Source: an uncultured Candidatus Saccharimonadales bacterium (GTDB lineage Bacteria > Patescibacteriota > Saccharimonadia > UBA4664). From it: 64,000 nt of DNA. The notes under the pieces are model-generated. The model was not told the DNA's origin and ran no database searches. It saw only the letters and a list, made by a program, of their open reading frames with translations. The translations under genes were made by a program, and so were the position numbers. Positions 61,426-64,000 of this stretch are shown here, one piece after another. Positions within the stretch are counted from its first letter, which is position 1, and each line of letters begins with the position of its first letter. The DNA is taken from contig CAZSRA010000005.1 in NCBI GenBank assembly GCA_964609585.1, positions 2,502-66,501 of the forward strand, in the 5' to 3' direction.

Positions 61426-62082
61426 ATGATCGCTTCCAGATCGCTCCCCGATCAGGCCACTCGGACCCTGCGCGAATGTGCTGAAGCGATGGTCCGCGGG
61501 GAAGTAAGCGGTGAGCTCCTCCTGACTCGGCTGTACAGCTCCTTCGGCAGTCTGGGTGGATATATGATCGAGGTGCTAGCCCAGATGGTCGAAAAGCTCT
61601 CCGAACGCGAGCTGACGGTTCGCGTGGCGGGTGGCGAGCTCTATGACCCGAGACTGCCAGCAGATCATCTGCCGTTGGCGCTGGGCCCGCTGGATCAGAT
61701 CTGGCGGCTGTCCATCGTCGAACACCGAGACCTTACTCCCGGTATGGTGCTCTACTCGCTTACACCCGAAGCCGGGGGCCTGCGACGCTGTGAAGCGGTT
61801 ACTCCCGAGAAAGCGGCGCGACGGCGGGCCGATTTCGCCAAGTATCGGCCGCCTCAGGAAGATGAGAGCTGGCTGTGGACTAAGCTTCGCGAGACGAGGC
61901 CAGACGCGTACTGGACGGTCGTAAAGCTGATCGACGCCCACTTCACAGACAACTCACTCACCGATAGCCAGTTCAAGGCGCTTCGAAGCTTGTCCCTCGT
62001 AGGGCCAGCACGCTTCACGCTCGGGGATTTGCTTGCAGCGGCAAGCATCACCGACCGGCTTGTCGTGGATCTCGTGTCATGA
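61426..62082 (+). CDS. Hypothetical protein (cassette gene)
   Basis: 218 aa, AAGGGA SD, downstream GC hairpins; no family recognised. Confidence 0.68.
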   Translation: MIASRSLPDQATRTLRECAEAMVRGEVSGELLLTRLYSSFGSLGGYMIEVLAQMVEKLSERELTVRVAGGELYDPRLPADHLPLALGPLDQIWRLSIVEHRDLTPGMVLYSLTPEAGGLRRCEAVTPEKAARRRADFAKYRPPQEDESWLWTKLRETRPDAYWTVVKLIDAHFTDNSLTDSQFKALRSLSLVGPARFTLGDLLAAASITDRLVVDLVS

Positions 62083-62186
62083 TCGGAAAGTGAAGCATCT
62101 CAGCCTCTTCGGAGCGCCCGTTCTTGGGAACGGCAAGGGCGTCTCTGAGGGGGCGCTTTTGTTGTAATTTTCAATCCCATGTTATC

Positions 62187-62215
62187 TAGACATAAAATTA
62201 TTATTATGCTATAAT
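62187..62215 (+). promoter_or_regulatory. Sigma70-type promoter
   Basis: TAGACA-17 bp-TATAAT with TG extension. Confidence 0.75.
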
Positions 62216-62257
62216 ATGCAAGTTCAATCCCTTTTTACAACTAGCTTGGAGGCTAGA

Positions 62258-63130
62258 GTGAGCAGCTCGCTCGAACGCAACACCCCGCCCATCTTCGCTG
62301 AGATGAACGGGCGCTTCGGTACCGAGATCGTCAGCGGCGTCATCACCGAGCTCGACTCCTGGCGGAACTTCAGCCGTCTCACCGCCTCTTCGGAGGTGCT
62401 CGACGAGAGCTTCGGCGACGTCATGGACGCGCTCGGCACGACCAACGGCCTCGCGATTCCGCGCGCCTTCGTGCCCCAGGCCGAGGGCCCGCTGGTCCGA
62501 CTGGCGGAAGGATTCGGCTACACCGGCGACGAGGGCAACCCGAACAACCCCGGGCTGGGCCTCGTGACCAACCTGGCCGGCATGGCCCTGGCCGTGACGT
62601 ACGCCGACGCGCCGTCCGCCACGATCGTCCACCCGTACACGGGCGTGACGGCCGCGATCAGCGGGATCTGGCACTACCTGCCGCGGGGCACGGTACAGGA
62701 GGCCATGCTGCTCATCCAGCAGCTGGTCGAGGCCGAGGGCGAGGAGTTCTCGCCGGCCGACCTCTGGGTCAACTTGTCGGCGGGCGGTCGCGAGGCCGGC
62801 TTCTTCATCGACAAGAACGGCCGCAACATCCTGCTCGCCGGTGAACCGCGCCACGTCTACGTCCGCAACATCTGGCGCGTGTTCGGCCAGGCGCGCCCCT
62901 ACGGTCTCGATCTCGCCGGGCTCTTCCGCGACCTGTGGATCGACGCCGAGGTGCCGTTCGATCAGATCGGCTTCGACCCGCGCGACACCACCACCTGGCG
63001 CAACGAGCTCGGCGAGCTGTGCCTGCCGAGCAAGCGCCTGTCCGACGCGGCCGGCGAGCCGGGCTGGTCATCGGCCGTCCACGCCATCTGCTGGACCGGC
63101 AACACGGCCGCCCGCAGGACGCGTAGCTAG
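62258..63130 (+). CDS. Divergent PgeF/YfiH (laccase-domain) family protein, catalytic residues substituted
   Basis: GLVTNLAGMALAVTYADAP...VTAAISGIW, LDLAG, DTT, LPSKR align with family pattern; GGAGG SD before GTG 62258. Confidence 0.72.
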   Translation: MSSSLERNTPPIFAEMNGRFGTEIVSGVITELDSWRNFSRLTASSEVLDESFGDVMDALGTTNGLAIPRAFVPQAEGPLVRLAEGFGYTGDEGNPNNPGLGLVTNLAGMALAVTYADAPSATIVHPYTGVTAAISGIWHYLPRGTVQEAMLLIQQLVEAEGEEFSPADLWVNLSAGGREAGFFIDKNGRNILLAGEPRHVYVRNIWRVFGQARPYGLDLAGLFRDLWIDAEVPFDQIGFDPRDTTTWRNELGELCLPSKRLSDAAGEPGWSSAVHAICWTGNTAARRTRS

Positions 63131-63147
63131 TACGAGGAGATGAACGA

Positions 63148-63180
63148 CGGCCCCCGAGATGAAACCTGTCTCGGGGGCCG
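63148..63180. terminator. Hairpin terminator between convergent genes
   Basis: CGGCCCCCGAGA...TCTCGGGGGCCG. Confidence 0.75.
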
Positions 63181-63215
63181 ACTCCGTTTTAATTATTTTT
63201 TTACTTATTTGTAAC

Positions 63216-63749
63216 TTACCACCATTTATCCGCTTGTGCCCGCTCAGAGCACTCGCGAATGATCTTCCATGCTTCTTCGGGGCCGGTGATGCCGCGCACG
63301 AGGGTGCCGCCTTTTTTGAGGTCTTTGTAGTGGGTGAAGTGATGCGTGATTTGCTTTTTCCACTGTTCGCCGAGCTCGTCGACGTGTTTGATGGCGCCGA
63401 GATTGCGGTCGTCGGCGGGGACACAGATGATTTTGTGGTCGTTTTCGCCGTCGTCTTCGAAGTCGACCATGCCAATGACGCGAGTTTCTTCGATGACGAG
63501 GCCCATAGGCAGGGGCTCTTCCGTCACGAGCAGTACGTCGAGCTCGTCGCCGTCTTCATCGAGGGTTTGAGGGATGAAGCCGTAGCTCGTGGGTTTGGCA
63601 AAAATGCTTGGTTCAACGCGATCGAGAGCAAACAGTTTTTCGTGCCGGCGCCACTCCACTTTGAGCGTGGAGCCTTTGGGGATCTCGATGACGGTGGTGA
63701 CGTACTCGCCGTCTTTGCCAAATGGTAGTTTATTGAATGGGTAGCCCAT
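63216..63749 (-). CDS. ppa: Inorganic pyrophosphatase (family I)
   Basis: VIEIPKGS, YGFIPQTLDEDGDELDVL, DHKIICVP, HFTHYKDL. Confidence 0.94.
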   Translation of the reverse strand: MGYPFNKLPFGKDGEYVTTVIEIPKGSTLKVEWRRHEKLFALDRVEPSIFAKPTSYGFIPQTLDEDGDELDVLLVTEEPLPMGLVIEETRVIGMVDFEDDGENDHKIICVPADDRNLGAIKHVDELGEQWKKQITHHFTHYKDLKKGGTLVRGITGPEEAWKIIRECSERAQADKWW

Positions 63750-63802
63750 ATGCCTCCTGTGATGTGATTATCGCTGGCTATTTTAGCATAGGTCCTGGTG
63801 TG

Positions 63803-64000
63803 CTATTGCTTAAGGCTCGCAAAGACCAGCTTGGCAGCTTGTGTTTCGGGCAGATCGAAATAGCCGGTAGCTGGTTTTGACTCCGCGTAGCCCGCAGCAA
63901 AGGTAAAGCCCATGGTTTTACCGGCAGGGTTTGGATAAAAATTGAGCCCACAACCGCTGCCGGAGCTACTATAGCTAGCGGCCATGAGATTAATGCTGCT
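63803..64000 (-). CDS. C-terminal part of a hypothetical protein running off the window edge
   Basis: Frame of ORF 63803..63985 remains open to the window end. Confidence 0.5.
   Translation of the reverse strand, partial: SSINLMAASYSSSGSGCGLNFYPNPAGKTMGFTFAAGYAESKPATGYFDLPETQAAKLVFASLKQ

Overview
Mosaic bacterial chromosome segment. The backbone is a compact, mostly minus-strand set of housekeeping genes: uvrABC, secG, pepP, malic enzyme, gap, fba, split transketolase, rpe, rpiB, ppa, two tRNA-Leu, and DUF5671, CAP and PH-domain proteins. This gene set and style suggest a Patescibacteria/CPR organism, most likely Saccharibacteria (inference, no marker gene in the window). Many backbone genes look leaderless, with a -10 hexamer 6-7 nt before the ATG. 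About 20 GC-rich, self-contained units sit between them, typically with an AT-rich -35/17 bp/-10 promoter, a Shine-Dalgarno, actinobacterial-style codons and a GC hairpin. These units include a complete lasso-peptide cluster (36-aa precursor missed by the ORF track), an orphan Pup-ligase (PafA) homolog, a PgeF/YfiH homolog lacking its catalytic Cys, a DUF4178-DUF2617-lipoprotein-DUF350-spermidine synthase operon and a GtrA-GT2-GT-C triple fusion. A multi-hairpin ncRNA candidate lies at about 17.0-17.25 kb. No integrase, transposase or CRISPR array was seen. All family calls come from motif recognition by eye, not database searches.
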